Positions 10,918-21,639 of a DNA stretch of 64,000 nt are shown piece after piece (the stretch's first letter is position 1; every line of letters starts with the position of its first letter). The notes beneath the pieces were generated by a model. It was not told the DNA's origin. It saw nothing but the letters and a program-made list of their open reading frames with translations, and made no database searches. The position numbers were made by a program, and so were the translations under genes. The DNA is from Alkalispirochaeta sp. (GTDB lineage: Bacteria; Spirochaetota; Spirochaetia; DSM-27196; Alkalispirochaetaceae), in NCBI GenBank assembly GCA_965242725.1, contig CBDESZ010000021.1, positions 32,001 to 96,000 on the forward strand, read 5' to 3'.

Positions 10918-12531
10918 ATGAAACGTTCCTGGCGCCTCGTAACATGTATTGTCCTCGCCGTCATTGCCGGAAATGCGGGAGTATTCGCACAGAACGGCGG
11001 AACCGACGGTGGAGGTGATGAGTTCGTTCTCTCCTTCCTCACCGGGGGCATACAGCTCAACCCGATTTACAGCTATACCTCAAGTGAAGCGCAAATCTAC
11101 AGCGGAATCTATGAAGGTCTCGTGGCGTACCATCCATTGACGATGGAGCCCGTTCCCGCCGTCGCCCGGTCCTGGGAGGTCAGCGAAGACGGCCTGACCT
11201 ATACCTTCACCATCCGACCCAATGCGCGCTACTCCGACGGCACGGCGGTGACGGCGGAGGACTTCAGGGAAACGTGGTTTCGCCTCATAGACCCGCAGAG
11301 TGATGCGGCATACAACTTCCTCTTTGACGTCATAGAGGGTGTCCGGGAATATCGCGCGGGAGCGACGGAAGACCGGAACGACGTCGGCATAAGGGCACCC
11401 GATTCCCGGACACTGGTGGTGACCCTCAGAAATCCGGCGACCCACTTTCTTCGCATCCTCTGTCACCACGCCTTTGTCCCGCTCCACCCGCGTCTGCGGG
11501 AAACCGACGACTGGTCCGGCATCGATCCTCTGCCGGTCAACGGACCCTACCGTATCGCCAGCCGGAACGAAGAGGAGCTCGTCCTCACCCGGAACCGCGA
11601 CTACTGGGACCGCCGGAACGTTGAGATTCCGCGCATGCGCGTCCTCTTCACCCAAGAAGACGAGGCTGAAGCGGTGACGGAACGGTTCAACCGGGGACAG
11701 ATAGACTGGGTAACGGGCGGCATGGATCTTGGCAGCGTCCAGTTTCCCCAGACGATCGTCATTCATCCCCTCTTTGCAACGACCTACTACCTCATACGGT
11801 CCGACAGGGAACCCTTTGACGATCCCCGGGTTCGCCGGGCACTGGCGCTCCTGTTGCCGTGGCCGGAAATCAGGAGTGAAGACGTCCAGTTCATCCCTGC
11901 CACCACACTGGTTCCGCAGATCCCCTACTATCCGGAGGTGCAGGGCATCACGGAACCCGCCCCGGAAGAAGCACTTGATCTCCTCAGGGAAGCGGGATAC
12001 ACCCGGGGCGTCCGCATTCCGACTATTGAAATCCACATTCCCCAGGGCGAGGAGTCCGCACGGGTGGCGGGACTCATGAAAGAAGCGTGGGAACGTCACC
12101 TGGAGGTACATGTGGAAATCACGGTGACGCCATACCCGGCGTACTTTGACGTCCTTGGAGAGAGTGACTTCACCGTCGGGACGGTGAGCTGGATCGGTGA
12201 CTTTGCCGACCCCCTCACCTTCCTGCAAATGTGGATCTCAGACAGCAACGTCAACGACGCCGGTTTCTCCGACACCCGATATGACGAGCTCATAGACCGC
12301 TCAATGGTCATTCGCGGCCGGGATCGCTACGAGCTCCTCGGTGAGGCGGAGGAAATACTCCTCCAGAGCGGAACGGTACTTCCCGTCAGCCACTCTCCTT
12401 CCATAAACCTCATCGATCTCAACGCCGTGGAAGGGTGGTACCCCAACCCGCTGGACATTCACCCAATGAAGCACTTCCGCTTTTCAGAGCAGGCTCCCCT
12501 GCCGGGGCTGATTCGGTATCAGGAAAATTAA
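10918..12531 (+). CDS. oppA: Oligopeptide ABC transporter substrate-binding protein (family 5)
   Basis: YEGLV...PAVARSWEVSEDGLTYTFTIR..YSDGTAVTAEDF, NGPYRI, DPRVRRAL, WIGDFADP. Confidence 0.9.
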   Translation: MKRSWRLVTCIVLAVIAGNAGVFAQNGGTDGGGDEFVLSFLTGGIQLNPIYSYTSSEAQIYSGIYEGLVAYHPLTMEPVPAVARSWEVSEDGLTYTFTIRPNARYSDGTAVTAEDFRETWFRLIDPQSDAAYNFLFDVIEGVREYRAGATEDRNDVGIRAPDSRTLVVTLRNPATHFLRILCHHAFVPLHPRLRETDDWSGIDPLPVNGPYRIASRNEEELVLTRNRDYWDRRNVEIPRMRVLFTQEDEAEAVTERFNRGQIDWVTGGMDLGSVQFPQTIVIHPLFATTYYLIRSDREPFDDPRVRRALALLLPWPEIRSEDVQFIPATTLVPQIPYYPEVQGITEPAPEEALDLLREAGYTRGVRIPTIEIHIPQGEESARVAGLMKEAWERHLEVHVEITVTPYPAYFDVLGESDFTVGTVSWIGDFADPLTFLQMWISDSNVNDAGFSDTRYDELIDRSMVIRGRDRYELLGEAEEILLQSGTVLPVSHSPSINLIDLNAVEGWYPNPLDIHPMKHFRFSEQAPLPGLIRYQEN

Positions 12532-12560
12532 GATCGAACCTGACGGTCACCGCCGCGCCG

Positions 12561-13094
12561 TCACTTCAGGTGTGCCTTGAAAAGCCCGGGGGTGGCGCGG
12601 ACAACCTCCATGAGATCGGCAACTTCCTCATCCAGGGTGCGGCCGTCGGTACTGACGATGTGGTCCGCCGCCGACCGGTAGACGTGGCCGTGTTCGCGCC
12701 ACATGCGTCTGATATCACCGGCAAGATCGGTATCGGGGTTCACCCTGGGTCGGTCGGCGATACTGACACGCTCGATGAGGGTCTCCTCGCCTGCCTCCAA
12801 CAGCACCACCGGCCCGGTACCGGCTATGGCATCGCGGTTCCACTCATAGCGGATTGTACCGCCGCCGAGGCAGACGATCCGGTCCGTCAGGCGTGCAAAG
12901 TCCTTGCAAATTGAATACTCAAGCTCCCGGAAGGGAATCCATCCCCGTTCCCTGACGAGGCGATGGAAGGAATACCCAAGCCGGCCGTCCATCTCCCGAT
13001 CAAGGTCGACAAATGGCACATCGATCCGCCTGCTCAATTCCTTTCCGACCGTCGTCTTGCCTGACCCGATCATGCCGCATAGATACAGATTCAC
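12561..13094 (-). CDS. Shikimate kinase-family protein
   Basis: GMIGSGKTT P-loop, DLD, FRELE, CLGGG, RP; 4-bp overlap with the upstream kinase. Confidence 0.8.
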   Translation of the reverse strand: MNLYLCGMIGSGKTTVGKELSRRIDVPFVDLDREMDGRLGYSFHRLVRERGWIPFRELEYSICKDFARLTDRIVCLGGGTIRYEWNRDAIAGTGPVVLLEAGEETLIERVSIADRPRVNPDTDLAGDIRRMWREHGHVYRSAADHIVSTDGRTLDEEVADLMEVVRATPGLFKAHLK

Positions 13095-14593
13095 CGTTGT
13101 ACTCCATATACTTCAGAGATCCACTCCACCCACTCTTCATAGAGTCGTTCATACTCCCTGCGCTGCGTCGAGAGATCATCGGGGGTTTCCGAGTAGAGGA
13201 CATCGCCACCCACACGCCTGCAGCATGCGAGAAGCACCGCGTCCCGCTCCTCCTGATCGGCGGCGAGGCAGGCTGCGGCAAATATCGCCGCGCCGGCGAG
13301 GGAAAGTTCCTGATCCCGCCGCCATCGCAGCGGCCACGGAAGGATCGCGCTGCGCAGCGCGTCGAGGTGAAGCGTCCTGTTCCCCCCGCCGCCAAGGAGT
13401 ACCGTATTGCGACCGCCGGGATAGAGCTGCAGCAGTCCCTCAACAAGAGAGCGGACCCGGAAGATGTTGGCCTCCATAAGGGCCCGAAATATGTGGCTCC
13501 CCCGATGGGCCGAAGTCAGACCGTCCACGCGGCCGCGGCATCGCGCCTTGTTCCAGGGCGCTCGCTCACCGTCAAAACCGGGAGCGACCCGTACACCCTC
13601 GGCTCCTGCAGGCACAGCGTACCACCCCTCGCCGTCGCGCAGGATATCCTGCATCCACATCGCCGCTCCTCCGGAGGATGATGTGGAACCACCGAGAAGG
13701 TCAAAATCGCGATGTACCGCCGCGTTCCGGGAGAGTCCGCGGGCGGGGGCGACGAAATATTCGTCTGACAGGCGGGGAACGGCACGCATGACCACGTCGG
13801 TCGTGCCGAAAAGGGTGACAATCCCGCCGTCGGAGAGAACGCCACCCCCGTACATCGCCGTGGTACCGTCGGTGGCGCCCGTCGTCAGGGGGATACCCGG
13901 TGTCAGTCCGAAACGGTGTGCAAAGCGGGGAGAAAGCGTGCCCGCCGGGGTGTGGGCGGAAAGTGCCGGAGGCAGTAGTGACTCGGGCTCTTCATATCCC
14001 TCCCGTTTCAACAGCTCCACGATCGGTGTAATCACCTCATCGTTCCTGTCGCGAATCAGGGAGTAATCACGGAAACTCCAGTCGGTGTACATCGTTACCG
14101 AGTCCGCGGAGAGCATTGTGCGGATCACATCCTTGAGACAGACGATCCTGACAACCCGCTCCGGAAAGGAGGGATCACTCCGTGCAAGGGCGACCAGCCG
14201 GGGAGCAAGAAGCTCCATACTTACCGGCCGCTCAAGCTCCCACCCACCGTCGTCACAGGCGGCTACACACACTCCCAGTGCCTCCGCACCGGGCTGAAAG
14301 GACCACGTCATGAGGGGCGGTACACATGCTCCCTCCTCATCCAGGGCGATATGGGAGAGAAAGGAGGTAATCCCGATCGCCGAGACTCTCCCGATGGGAG
14401 CTCCCTGGGGAGAGGGCCGTCTCAGAACGCGGGGAATGAGTTTTTCAAGAACGGAGAGGATGGCGGCGGCGTCAAAGACGCCGCCGCCGATCCCCGGGGT
14501 CGGTTCGCTTTCAACCGCCCGGGGCCGAATGGACTCGTCGTACCACCCCACCTTGGTGCGGGTCGTACCGACGTCTATGGCCAGGTACGACAC
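13091..14593 (-). CDS. FGGY-family carbohydrate kinase
   Basis: LAIDVGTTRTKV, GATDG, FGTT, GERAPW, GGGG; GTG start inferred just after the upstream stop. Confidence 0.85.
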   Translation of the reverse strand: MSYLAIDVGTTRTKVGWYDESIRPRAVESEPTPGIGGGVFDAAAILSVLEKLIPRVLRRPSPQGAPIGRVSAIGITSFLSHIALDEEGACVPPLMTWSFQPGAEALGVCVAACDDGGWELERPVSMELLAPRLVALARSDPSFPERVVRIVCLKDVIRTMLSADSVTMYTDWSFRDYSLIRDRNDEVITPIVELLKREGYEEPESLLPPALSAHTPAGTLSPRFAHRFGLTPGIPLTTGATDGTTAMYGGGVLSDGGIVTLFGTTDVVMRAVPRLSDEYFVAPARGLSRNAAVHRDFDLLGGSTSSSGGAAMWMQDILRDGEGWYAVPAGAEGVRVAPGFDGERAPWNKARCRGRVDGLTSAHRGSHIFRALMEANIFRVRSLVEGLLQLYPGGRNTVLLGGGGNRTLHLDALRSAILPWPLRWRRDQELSLAGAAIFAAACLAADQEERDAVLLACCRRVGGDVLYSETPDDLSTQRREYERLYEEWVEWISEVYGVQR

Positions 14594-14598
14594 GATCT

Positions 14599-15540
14599 TC
14601 AGGGGGCGGTTGCGGACGCCTTGACCGCCTGGACGATCAGTTTCCCCGATTCCGGATACATCCACGTGGGAAAACTGCAGCCTGGAGCGAGGAAGAACTT
14701 CGTCGGGCCGCCCGCGGCAATCCCGTCCAGGGCGTTCTGCCGCGCCCGTTCGGGGGTGACCCGGGTTACCAGATTCTTGTCCATGCCCGCCATGATGCTG
14801 CCTGACCACTTCTTGCGCAGTTCAGGAATCGTCGGATTGCGGGGGTCCGTATCTTCATAGGAAATGATCTGTGCGGGCACCTTCACCATTTCGTCCACCC
14901 ATATTCCATAATCGTGGAGGTGGATTGTATTCATGATCCCCTTGCCCTTGAGCTCCTCAAAGAGGCGCTTCACAAAGGGATAGGCGAATCGCATGTACAC
15001 ATCCTTGGGAAGCTGCTTTTCCGCGGAAAAGGTGGAGACAAAGACACCGGCACCACCCCGTTTGATCACCTCCTTGCAGTAGGCGACGGTGTTGTCGGTA
15101 ATGACCTCCAGCGCCTCCAGAATCGCCTCAGGTTCCGTCTCGACCAGCGTCATGAGATGCTCCCCGACGAGGTTGCGCAGCAGAATCTGCCACGGGTCAA
15201 AGACGGTGTCTATGAAATAGACCTCGTCCTTGAGTTCCCTGGCGAGGATGTCCATCGCCTTCAGCTGCTCATTCCACGGGCTCTCTTCGATTCTGAAGGG
15301 CTTGATCGCCTTGAGATCGTCCCGCGTCTTGAGTTCAGTCATTCCCTCAGGCATGGGATAGTAATAGTCGTTCATCACCTTCAGGTAGTCGAGATCGTAG
15401 TAGCGCAGGAACGCAAGCTCAAGCTCGGCGATGCGCTCCCCCGATTCATGCTGGGTTCCGAAGTGGTACCAGAACGATACGGGCGGCCGGTCAAAGGGCT
15501 TCCCCGCCAGGCTCGCTTCCACCCGTTCTTTTTTTGTCAT
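14599..15540 (-). CDS. Uroporphyrinogen decarboxylase-like (URO-D/CIMS superfamily) protein
   Basis: MTKKERV..DRPPVSFWYHF, KVMND, HLH, AGMD, FFLAPGCS; AAGGAG RBS. Confidence 0.82.
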   Translation of the reverse strand: MTKKERVEASLAGKPFDRPPVSFWYHFGTQHESGERIAELELAFLRYYDLDYLKVMNDYYYPMPEGMTELKTRDDLKAIKPFRIEESPWNEQLKAMDILARELKDEVYFIDTVFDPWQILLRNLVGEHLMTLVETEPEAILEALEVITDNTVAYCKEVIKRGGAGVFVSTFSAEKQLPKDVYMRFAYPFVKRLFEELKGKGIMNTIHLHDYGIWVDEMVKVPAQIISYEDTDPRNPTIPELRKKWSGSIMAGMDKNLVTRVTPERARQNALDGIAAGGPTKFFLAPGCSFPTWMYPESGKLIVQAVKASATAP

Positions 15541-15586
15541 TTCTTTCTCCTTTCGTCTCATGTAATACGAAACTATCGCGCTCCGG

Positions 15587-16300
15587 TCACGTGACGCCGA
15601 GGTAGGCGTTCCGCACCGCCGGATTGGTCATGAGGGACGACGCCTCGTCGGCAAGTGTTATTGTCCCCGTTTCCAGAACATATCCGAATGACGCGGTGTG
15701 CAGCGCCATGTTGGCGTTCTGCTCCACAAGCAATACCGACACGCCAAGTCTGTTGATTTCCGATATGAACTCAAAGACCGTCTCCACAAGAATCGGCGCC
15801 AGCCCCAGACTCGGCTCGTCAAGGAGGAGGAGCGTCGGATCCGACATCAATCCCCGGGCGATTGCAAGCATCTGCTGTTCTCCCCCCGAGAGGGACCCGC
15901 CTTCCTGACCGCGGCGCTCCGCGAGGCGGGGAAAGAGCTCATAGTTGCGGTCTATGAGTTCCCGTATCCGTGTCTTCTCCTTCTGGATGTATCCGCCGAC
16001 CTCCAGATTTTCCTCAACGGTGAGTTCACTGAAGATCTTGCGTCCCTCCGGGACGTGGGCAATCCCCATGCGGGTTATCACGTGAGGCTGCTCGTTGAGT
16101 ATTTCCTCTCCCCGAAACCGGATGCTCCCGCCGCTTCCGGGGACGGCGCCGGAAATCGTATTGAGGAGCGTCGTCTTGCCCGCACCGTTTGCGCCGATAA
16201 GTGTTACCAGCTGCCCTTCCTCAACGGTGACGGAGACGCCCTTGAGGGCGTTTATTGCGCCGTAGTGGACCTGAACGTCCCTGACCTCCAACAGGCTCAT
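15587..16300 (-). CDS. livF: Branched-chain amino-acid-type ABC ATPase
   Basis: GANGAGKTT, LSGGEQQM, DEPSLGLAP. Confidence 0.92.
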   Translation of the reverse strand: MSLLEVRDVQVHYGAINALKGVSVTVEEGQLVTLIGANGAGKTTLLNTISGAVPGSGGSIRFRGEEILNEQPHVITRMGIAHVPEGRKIFSELTVEENLEVGGYIQKEKTRIRELIDRNYELFPRLAERRGQEGGSLSGGEQQMLAIARGLMSDPTLLLLDEPSLGLAPILVETVFEFISEINRLGVSVLLVEQNANMALHTASFGYVLETGTITLADEASSLMTNPAVRNAYLGVT

Positions 16301-17064
16301 GCGCCCTCCTTCTGTTTGCCCAGATATGCCTCGATGACCTTGGGATCGTTCTGCACCTCCCTGGCCACGCCCTCGCTTATCTTCACGCCGTGATCGATCA
16401 CCGTGATGCGATCGGCGATGCTCATGACCAGCTTCATGTCGTGTTCGATAAGGAGGATTGTGAAACCCTCCCCGGCAAGGGAGCGGATGATCTCATCCAA
16501 CCCTGCCGTTTCCCGGGCATTCATTCCCGCCGCGGGCTCATCAAGGAGGAGCAGCCGGGGTTGCGTCGCCAGTGCCCTGGCTATTTCAAGTTTTCGCTGC
16601 TCCCCATAGGGAAGATTGCGGGCAAGGGTGTCGTGTTTTTCGACCAGTCCCACTTTCTCCAGCAGCGCCATGGCGGACTCGCCGACAGCCTTCTCTTCCC
16701 GCTTGTACCGGGGGGTACGCATGATCGCGTCAAAGAGGTGGTAGCGGTTCCGGGTATGGGTCCCCACCTTCACGTTTTCAAGTACCGAGAGATAGGGAAA
16801 GAGGCGGATGTTCTGAAATGTCCGGGCGACGCCGATCTCGGCGATGGCATGGCTGGACAATCCGTCAATGCGTCGATCAAGGAACGTTATTGAGCCGGCG
16901 TCGGCGGGAACGATCGCGGTGAGGGCGTTAAAGAAGGTCGTCTTGCCCGCACCGTTGGGACCGATGATGGCGTGGATCGATCCCTTTTTCACTTCCAGAT
17001 CAACGTCGTTGACCGCCACCAGACCTCCAAAGGCCTTGCGGAGTTTTTCAACTTTCAGAATCAT
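16297..17064 (-). CDS. livG: Branched-chain amino-acid-type ABC ATPase
   Basis: GPNGAGKTT, LPYGEQRKLEIARAL, DEPAAG. Confidence 0.92.
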   Translation of the reverse strand: MILKVEKLRKAFGGLVAVNDVDLEVKKGSIHAIIGPNGAGKTTFFNALTAIVPADAGSITFLDRRIDGLSSHAIAEIGVARTFQNIRLFPYLSVLENVKVGTHTRNRYHLFDAIMRTPRYKREEKAVGESAMALLEKVGLVEKHDTLARNLPYGEQRKLEIARALATQPRLLLLDEPAAGMNARETAGLDEIIRSLAGEGFTILLIEHDMKLVMSIADRITVIDHGVKISEGVAREVQNDPKVIEAYLGKQKEGA

Positions 17065-18107
17065 CGCCCACCTCCATTTCCGGAGCCAGACGGCGACAGG
17101 GCGCGCAATTTCCGCCTTGGCGGCCGTTTGGGGAGTTTCGGTTTCTCAAAAATACCCTTCACATTGGCAAGACCGCCGGGACGGTAGACGATGACGACGA
17201 TGAGGGTGAGCCCGTAAATGACGCCCCTGAAGCGCATGAGAACACGGAACACCTCGGGAATCACCACCAGGATCGTCGAGCCGAGGACGGGACCGATGAT
17301 CGAGCCGGTACCGCCGAGGGCGAGCATCGTGATGATTGAAAAGGACTCAAGGTTGGCAAAGGAGTCTGCGCTGATATAGCGCTGAAAATGGGCAAAGAAA
17401 CTGCCGGCGATCCCGGCAAAGAAGCACCCCACCGTAAAGGCAAGAACCTTGTAGCCGAACACGTTGACGCCCATGCTGTGCGCCGCAGTCTCATCCTCAC
17501 GGATCGCGATCAATGCACGTCCAACCCGGGAGTGGTACATCCGGTACATCGTCGCGACGGTGATCACCGAAAGGACAAGGACGAGGTAGTAGTATCCCCG
17601 ACCGTCAAAAGTCCATCCAAAGAGTTTCGGAACGGGAATTCCCGATATGCCCATGGGACCACGGGTGAAGGAACGCCAGTTGAGTATGACGATACGGGTG
17701 ATTTCACCGAATCCGAGGGTGGTGAAGGCGAGAAAGACGCGCCGCAGCCTGAGCGTGGCAAGCCCGATGAGGGTGCCGAAGAGCCCCGCGACGATTCCCG
17801 CCATCGGCAGGGCAATCCAGAAGTTCCAGCCGGCCATGACGGTAAGCATCGCCGACGTATACGCTCCGATGCCGTAAAAGGCGGCGTGACCGAGGGAAAA
17901 CATGCCGGTAAATCCGATGATGACGTTAAGGCCCGAGACGAGGAGGACGTAAATCCCTACCAGCGTCGCGATGCGCAAATGATATCCGCTGGTCAGAAGC
18001 CAGGGAAGCGCGACAAGAAAGAGCGCCGCCACACCGGCGAGCACGTATTTGTACCGTCCTGCCAATGCGGTGGTGCGTTCTCGTATTGAAGAAAAAGTAG
18101 ATGCCAT
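17061..18107 (-). CDS. livM: Branched-chain amino-acid-type ABC permease
   Basis: SLGHAAFYGIGAY, AIREDETAA..MGVN. Confidence 0.9.
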   Translation of the reverse strand: MASTFSSIRERTTALAGRYKYVLAGVAALFLVALPWLLTSGYHLRIATLVGIYVLLVSGLNVIIGFTGMFSLGHAAFYGIGAYTSAMLTVMAGWNFWIALPMAGIVAGLFGTLIGLATLRLRRVFLAFTTLGFGEITRIVILNWRSFTRGPMGISGIPVPKLFGWTFDGRGYYYLVLVLSVITVATMYRMYHSRVGRALIAIREDETAAHSMGVNVFGYKVLAFTVGCFFAGIAGSFFAHFQRYISADSFANLESFSIITMLALGGTGSIIGPVLGSTILVVIPEVFRVLMRFRGVIYGLTLIVVIVYRPGGLANVKGIFEKPKLPKRPPRRKLRALSPSGSGNGGGR

Positions 18108-18117
18108 TGGGTACCCC

Positions 18118-18981
18118 TCAATCCGACTTTTTGCCCAACAGCCCCTGGGGCCGCAGAAGCAGGAAGATCACCAGAATGGAGAAACCGATGATGTCCCGAT
18201 ATCCCGACGAAATGATCTGAACGGCAAAGTTTTCGATGATGCCAAGGAGATACCCGCCGAGAATGGCGCCGGGTATCGACGTGAGACCGCCAAAGACCGC
18301 CGCGGCAAATGATTTGAGTCCCGCCATGTTTCCCATGAAGGGAAAGAGTGCGTTGTAGTATGACGCCGCCAGGACTCCGGCAATCCCCGCCACCGCTCCG
18401 GCGATGGAAAAGGTGAGAGAAATGACGCGGTCCGTGGGGATGCCCATGAGACTCGCCGTCTTGAAATCCAGAGAGACCGCCCTGATGGCGAGTCCCAGTT
18501 TGGTGCGGTAAATGAGAACCTGCAGCAGGATCAGAACGACCGCCGCCACGATGATCAGAATGATCTGCAACCAGCTCACCGGTATGCCCTGAACGGAAAA
18601 GGCAGTCTCCGTATAGAAGGCGGGCATCGATTTCCGCTCCGCCCCAAAGAGGACGGACATCGATTCATTGAGAAACATTGAAAAACCGATTGTACAGATG
18701 AGCGATGCGATACGTGCAACGCCGCGGAGGGCGCGAAAGGCAAACCGTTCCAGGACAAACCCGACGCCGAAACCGGCGGCACCGCCGGCAATAATCGCCA
18801 GAAAGAGGTTGGGTGTAACGTAGTTGATGATCATCCACCCGAAATAGGCGCCGACCATATAGATCGATCCGGTGGCGAAGTTGAGCAGTCGCAGCGTGCC
18901 GTAGACTATTCCGAAAGAGATCGCCAGGAGGGCAAAGAGACTACCCTGTGTGATCCCGTTTATAAGTTGCTGAATAAACAC
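18118..18981 (-). CDS. livH: Branched-chain amino-acid-type ABC permease
   Basis: QQLINGITQGS, LLNFA, RTKLGLAIRAVS. Confidence 0.9.
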   Translation of the reverse strand: MFIQQLINGITQGSLFALLAISFGIVYGTLRLLNFATGSIYMVGAYFGWMIINYVTPNLFLAIIAGGAAGFGVGFVLERFAFRALRGVARIASLICTIGFSMFLNESMSVLFGAERKSMPAFYTETAFSVQGIPVSWLQIILIIVAAVVLILLQVLIYRTKLGLAIRAVSLDFKTASLMGIPTDRVISLTFSIAGAVAGIAGVLAASYYNALFPFMGNMAGLKSFAAAVFGGLTSIPGAILGGYLLGIIENFAVQIISSGYRDIIGFSILVIFLLLRPQGLLGKKSD

Positions 18982-19019
18982 AGACGCCCTCCATCCTTTT
19001 AAAAAAATGACGCATCTAC

Positions 19020-19051
19020 AGAACGTCCGCCCTCGATGGGGCGGACGTTCT
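19020..19051. terminator. Stem-loop after the binding-protein gene (partial terminator or mRNA stabiliser)
   Basis: 13-bp perfect arms AGAACGTCCGCCC/GGGCGGACGTTCT with a 6-nt loop. Confidence 0.7.
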
Positions 19052-19072
19052 CAATGAGTAACTCTGTGCAGC

Positions 19073-20206
19073 CTACTCGTCGTACAGGACAAACTCGCCG
19101 TCCCGGATCGTCAGCATCCGGTATCCCTTCACCGCGTCACCTTTGGGTGTAAAGGTGATACTTCCGGTAAGTCCGGGGAAGTTTTCCGTTGCGGCCAGGG
19201 CGTCACGGATCGCCTCGCTCTCGGTGGTTCCAGCGCGCTCTATGGCGTCCGCCAGAAGCATCATCGCGTCGTAGGCGAGAGCGGCGTGGAAGTTGGGTTT
19301 TGCGCCGTAGGCTTCCTCAAAGGCTTCCACGTATCGGCGGACCTGCGGATCCGTATCGGGAGTGAAGAAACCGGTACCGGTGTAGAGGCCTTCAACGGCT
19401 TCACCGCCCAGTTCTATCAACTGGGGAGAGTAGAGCGACGTGGGACCGATAACGGGTACATCCCATCCCAGGCGCGCCTTCTGGATGTTGATTGCCGCGC
19501 CGTCGTTGTAAAAGGAAGCGATAAAGAGCCCATCCGCCCCGGAGTCCCTGAGGGACGTCAGGACCGCCGTAAAGTCACTTTCGCCGTCAAAGTAGAATTC
19601 CGTGGCGGTGACATTGCCGCCCAGATCTTCAAAGGCCTCTGAAAAATAGCGTGCCGTATCGATTCCCCAGTCATTGTTGAGATGGAGAATTGCGATGTTG
19701 CGAATACCGATCTCGTTGTAGGCGTAGTTCGCGTTAAAGGGACCTTCCCCCGCCTGGGTTCCAACGATACCGAAACTCCAGGGAGAGCCGCCTGCATATT
19801 CAGTGTGGCTCGCCGTGGGAGAAAGCTGCACCATTCCCGCGGCGTCATAAATCGGCTGTGCCGCCATGGAGGGACCAGACGCAAAGGGTCCGATCTGGGC
19901 AACTACCGTGGGATCACTTGTCCATTGCTGGGCAAGCGTCGCCGCCTGCTGGGGATTTCCCTGGGTATCACCCACGGAAAGGCGAACGGGGCGGCCCAGA
20001 ATTCCGCCTTCCGCATTGAGCTCGGCGATGGCAAGTTCCAGTGAACGCTGAAAGTTGACACCAAATTCCGACCAGTCACCGGTGATCGGTGCGGAAAGGG
20101 CGATGTGGATGGAATCATCACCTTCCTGTTGACCGCCGGAAAATACCGGCGCTGCAAAAACCAGCACCATCAGTACGACACATAGCGTACGCAGACCGTC
20201 TCGCAT
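19073..20206 (-). CDS. LivJ/LivK-like ABC substrate-binding protein
   Basis: AAGGAGG RBS; 'FSGGQQE' N-terminus; PITGD, AYDA, GLTGSITF. Confidence 0.9.
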   Translation of the reverse strand: MRDGLRTLCVVLMVLVFAAPVFSGGQQEGDDSIHIALSAPITGDWSEFGVNFQRSLELAIAELNAEGGILGRPVRLSVGDTQGNPQQAATLAQQWTSDPTVVAQIGPFASGPSMAAQPIYDAAGMVQLSPTASHTEYAGGSPWSFGIVGTQAGEGPFNANYAYNEIGIRNIAILHLNNDWGIDTARYFSEAFEDLGGNVTATEFYFDGESDFTAVLTSLRDSGADGLFIASFYNDGAAINIQKARLGWDVPVIGPTSLYSPQLIELGGEAVEGLYTGTGFFTPDTDPQVRRYVEAFEEAYGAKPNFHAALAYDAMMLLADAIERAGTTESEAIRDALAATENFPGLTGSITFTPKGDAVKGYRMLTIRDGEFVLYDE

Positions 20207-20364
20207 ACATTCCTCCTTGCGATAAGACTCAAAATACATGTTTCTACAGTAATTGTTATATGTCAATTGCAATAATGAAAAAATTTTTATTTTCGACAAC
20301 TTTATTTGAATATTTGTTGACTTATTTTACAACCACCGGTTACGCTGAATGAAAGAGGGCGGAT

Positions 20365-21639
20365 GTGACGAAGAATACCATGTACTGTCTCGACGATATC
20401 ATAGACCGGCGCAACACAAATTGCATTAAATGGGACGGCGTTGTCGACGCCGTCGGTACGGAAGCCTCCGACATTCTCCCCATGTGGGTCGCCGACATGG
20501 ATTTTCAGGCACCGCCGGTGGTGATCGACCGCCTGCACGCCGCCGTGACGCACGGAATCTTCGGGTATACCGCCCTGCCCGGCCACGTGTGGGACGCCGT
20601 TGCGTCGTGGACAATGCGTCGCTACCGGTGGCCCGTCAAAGTGGAGTGGATGTCCTATACCGCCGGCGTCATTACCGGTCTCAACGTTGCGATTCAGACA
20701 TTTACCCGCCCCGGAGAAAAGATCATCGTCCAGCCCCCTGTCTACCCGCCCTTTCACAGCAGCGTCCTGTCCAACGGCCGACAGCTCCGGTACAACCACC
20801 TCGTCCAGGACGAAAAGGGGGAGTATCACCTCGACGTGGAACAGCTCAAGTCGATTATCGACTCGGAAACGAGGATGCTCGTCATATGCAATCCTCACAA
20901 CCCCGTCGGTCGCGCCTGGTCCAAAGAGGAGCTTGAAGAACTTGCAGCGGTCGTTCTGGAGCACGACCTCCTCGTCTTTTCCGATGAAATACACGCGGAT
21001 CTGCTCCTCCGCGGGGGCAGACATGTGCCCTTTGCCTCCCTCTCACCCGAGATCGCCGCCCGTACCATCACCGGAATCGCACCGAGCAAGACCTTCAATA
21101 TCGCCGGACTCAAGGCGTCGGTCATTATCACATCCAACGAGCGGATGAAGCGCGCCTTTGACGCGGCCCAGGCAAAGACCTTCGGCCTCTACGATGCAAA
21201 CACCTTTGCCATAGCCGGTATGGACGCCGCCTATTCAGAGGGAGAGCCGTGGCTGGAGACGGTGCTCCAATACCTCCGGGACAACAGGGACGCCGCCATG
21301 ACCTTTTTTGCCGGGGAGCTGCCGCAGCTGCGCGTCGCGTCCCCGGAAGCGACCTTTCTCTTCTGGCTCGACTTTTCCCGCATCGGGCGCAGCCACGACG
21401 AGGTGGCACGAATCCTGAAGGATGATGCCCGGGTGATTCTCAACGACGGTCGATCTTTCGGACCCGGCGGGGAGCATCACTTCCGACTCAACTTCGGGTG
21501 TCCCCGGTCGGTTCTCATTGAGGGAGTGAAGCGCATCGCCCGCGCCTTTGCCGCGGCACCGGCTCTGCGGGAGGAATCCGCCGCCCCGGGGCGCGCGACC
21601 GGCGCGGCGAAGACGGCGGCACAGGAGGTACTGCCGTGA
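20365..21639 (+). CDS. MalY/PatB-family PLP-dependent C-S lyase
   Basis: PMWVADMDF, CNPHNPVGR, SDEIH, SKTFNIAGL, RLNFGCP. Confidence 0.92.
   Translation: MTKNTMYCLDDIIDRRNTNCIKWDGVVDAVGTEASDILPMWVADMDFQAPPVVIDRLHAAVTHGIFGYTALPGHVWDAVASWTMRRYRWPVKVEWMSYTAGVITGLNVAIQTFTRPGEKIIVQPPVYPPFHSSVLSNGRQLRYNHLVQDEKGEYHLDVEQLKSIIDSETRMLVICNPHNPVGRAWSKEELEELAAVVLEHDLLVFSDEIHADLLLRGGRHVPFASLSPEIAARTITGIAPSKTFNIAGLKASVIITSNERMKRAFDAAQAKTFGLYDANTFAIAGMDAAYSEGEPWLETVLQYLRDNRDAAMTFFAGELPQLRVASPEATFLFWLDFSRIGRSHDEVARILKDDARVILNDGRSFGPGGEHHFRLNFGCPRSVLIEGVKRIARAFAAAPALREESAAPGRATGAAKTAAQEVLP

Noticed and set aside
12561..13094. Housekeeping aroK assignment
   Set aside because: Family is clear, but coupling to a catabolic operon leaves the substrate uncertain, so no symbol is given
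14599..15540. True hemE of haem synthesis
   Set aside because: Lacks the RQAGR motif and sits in a transport/catabolic operon
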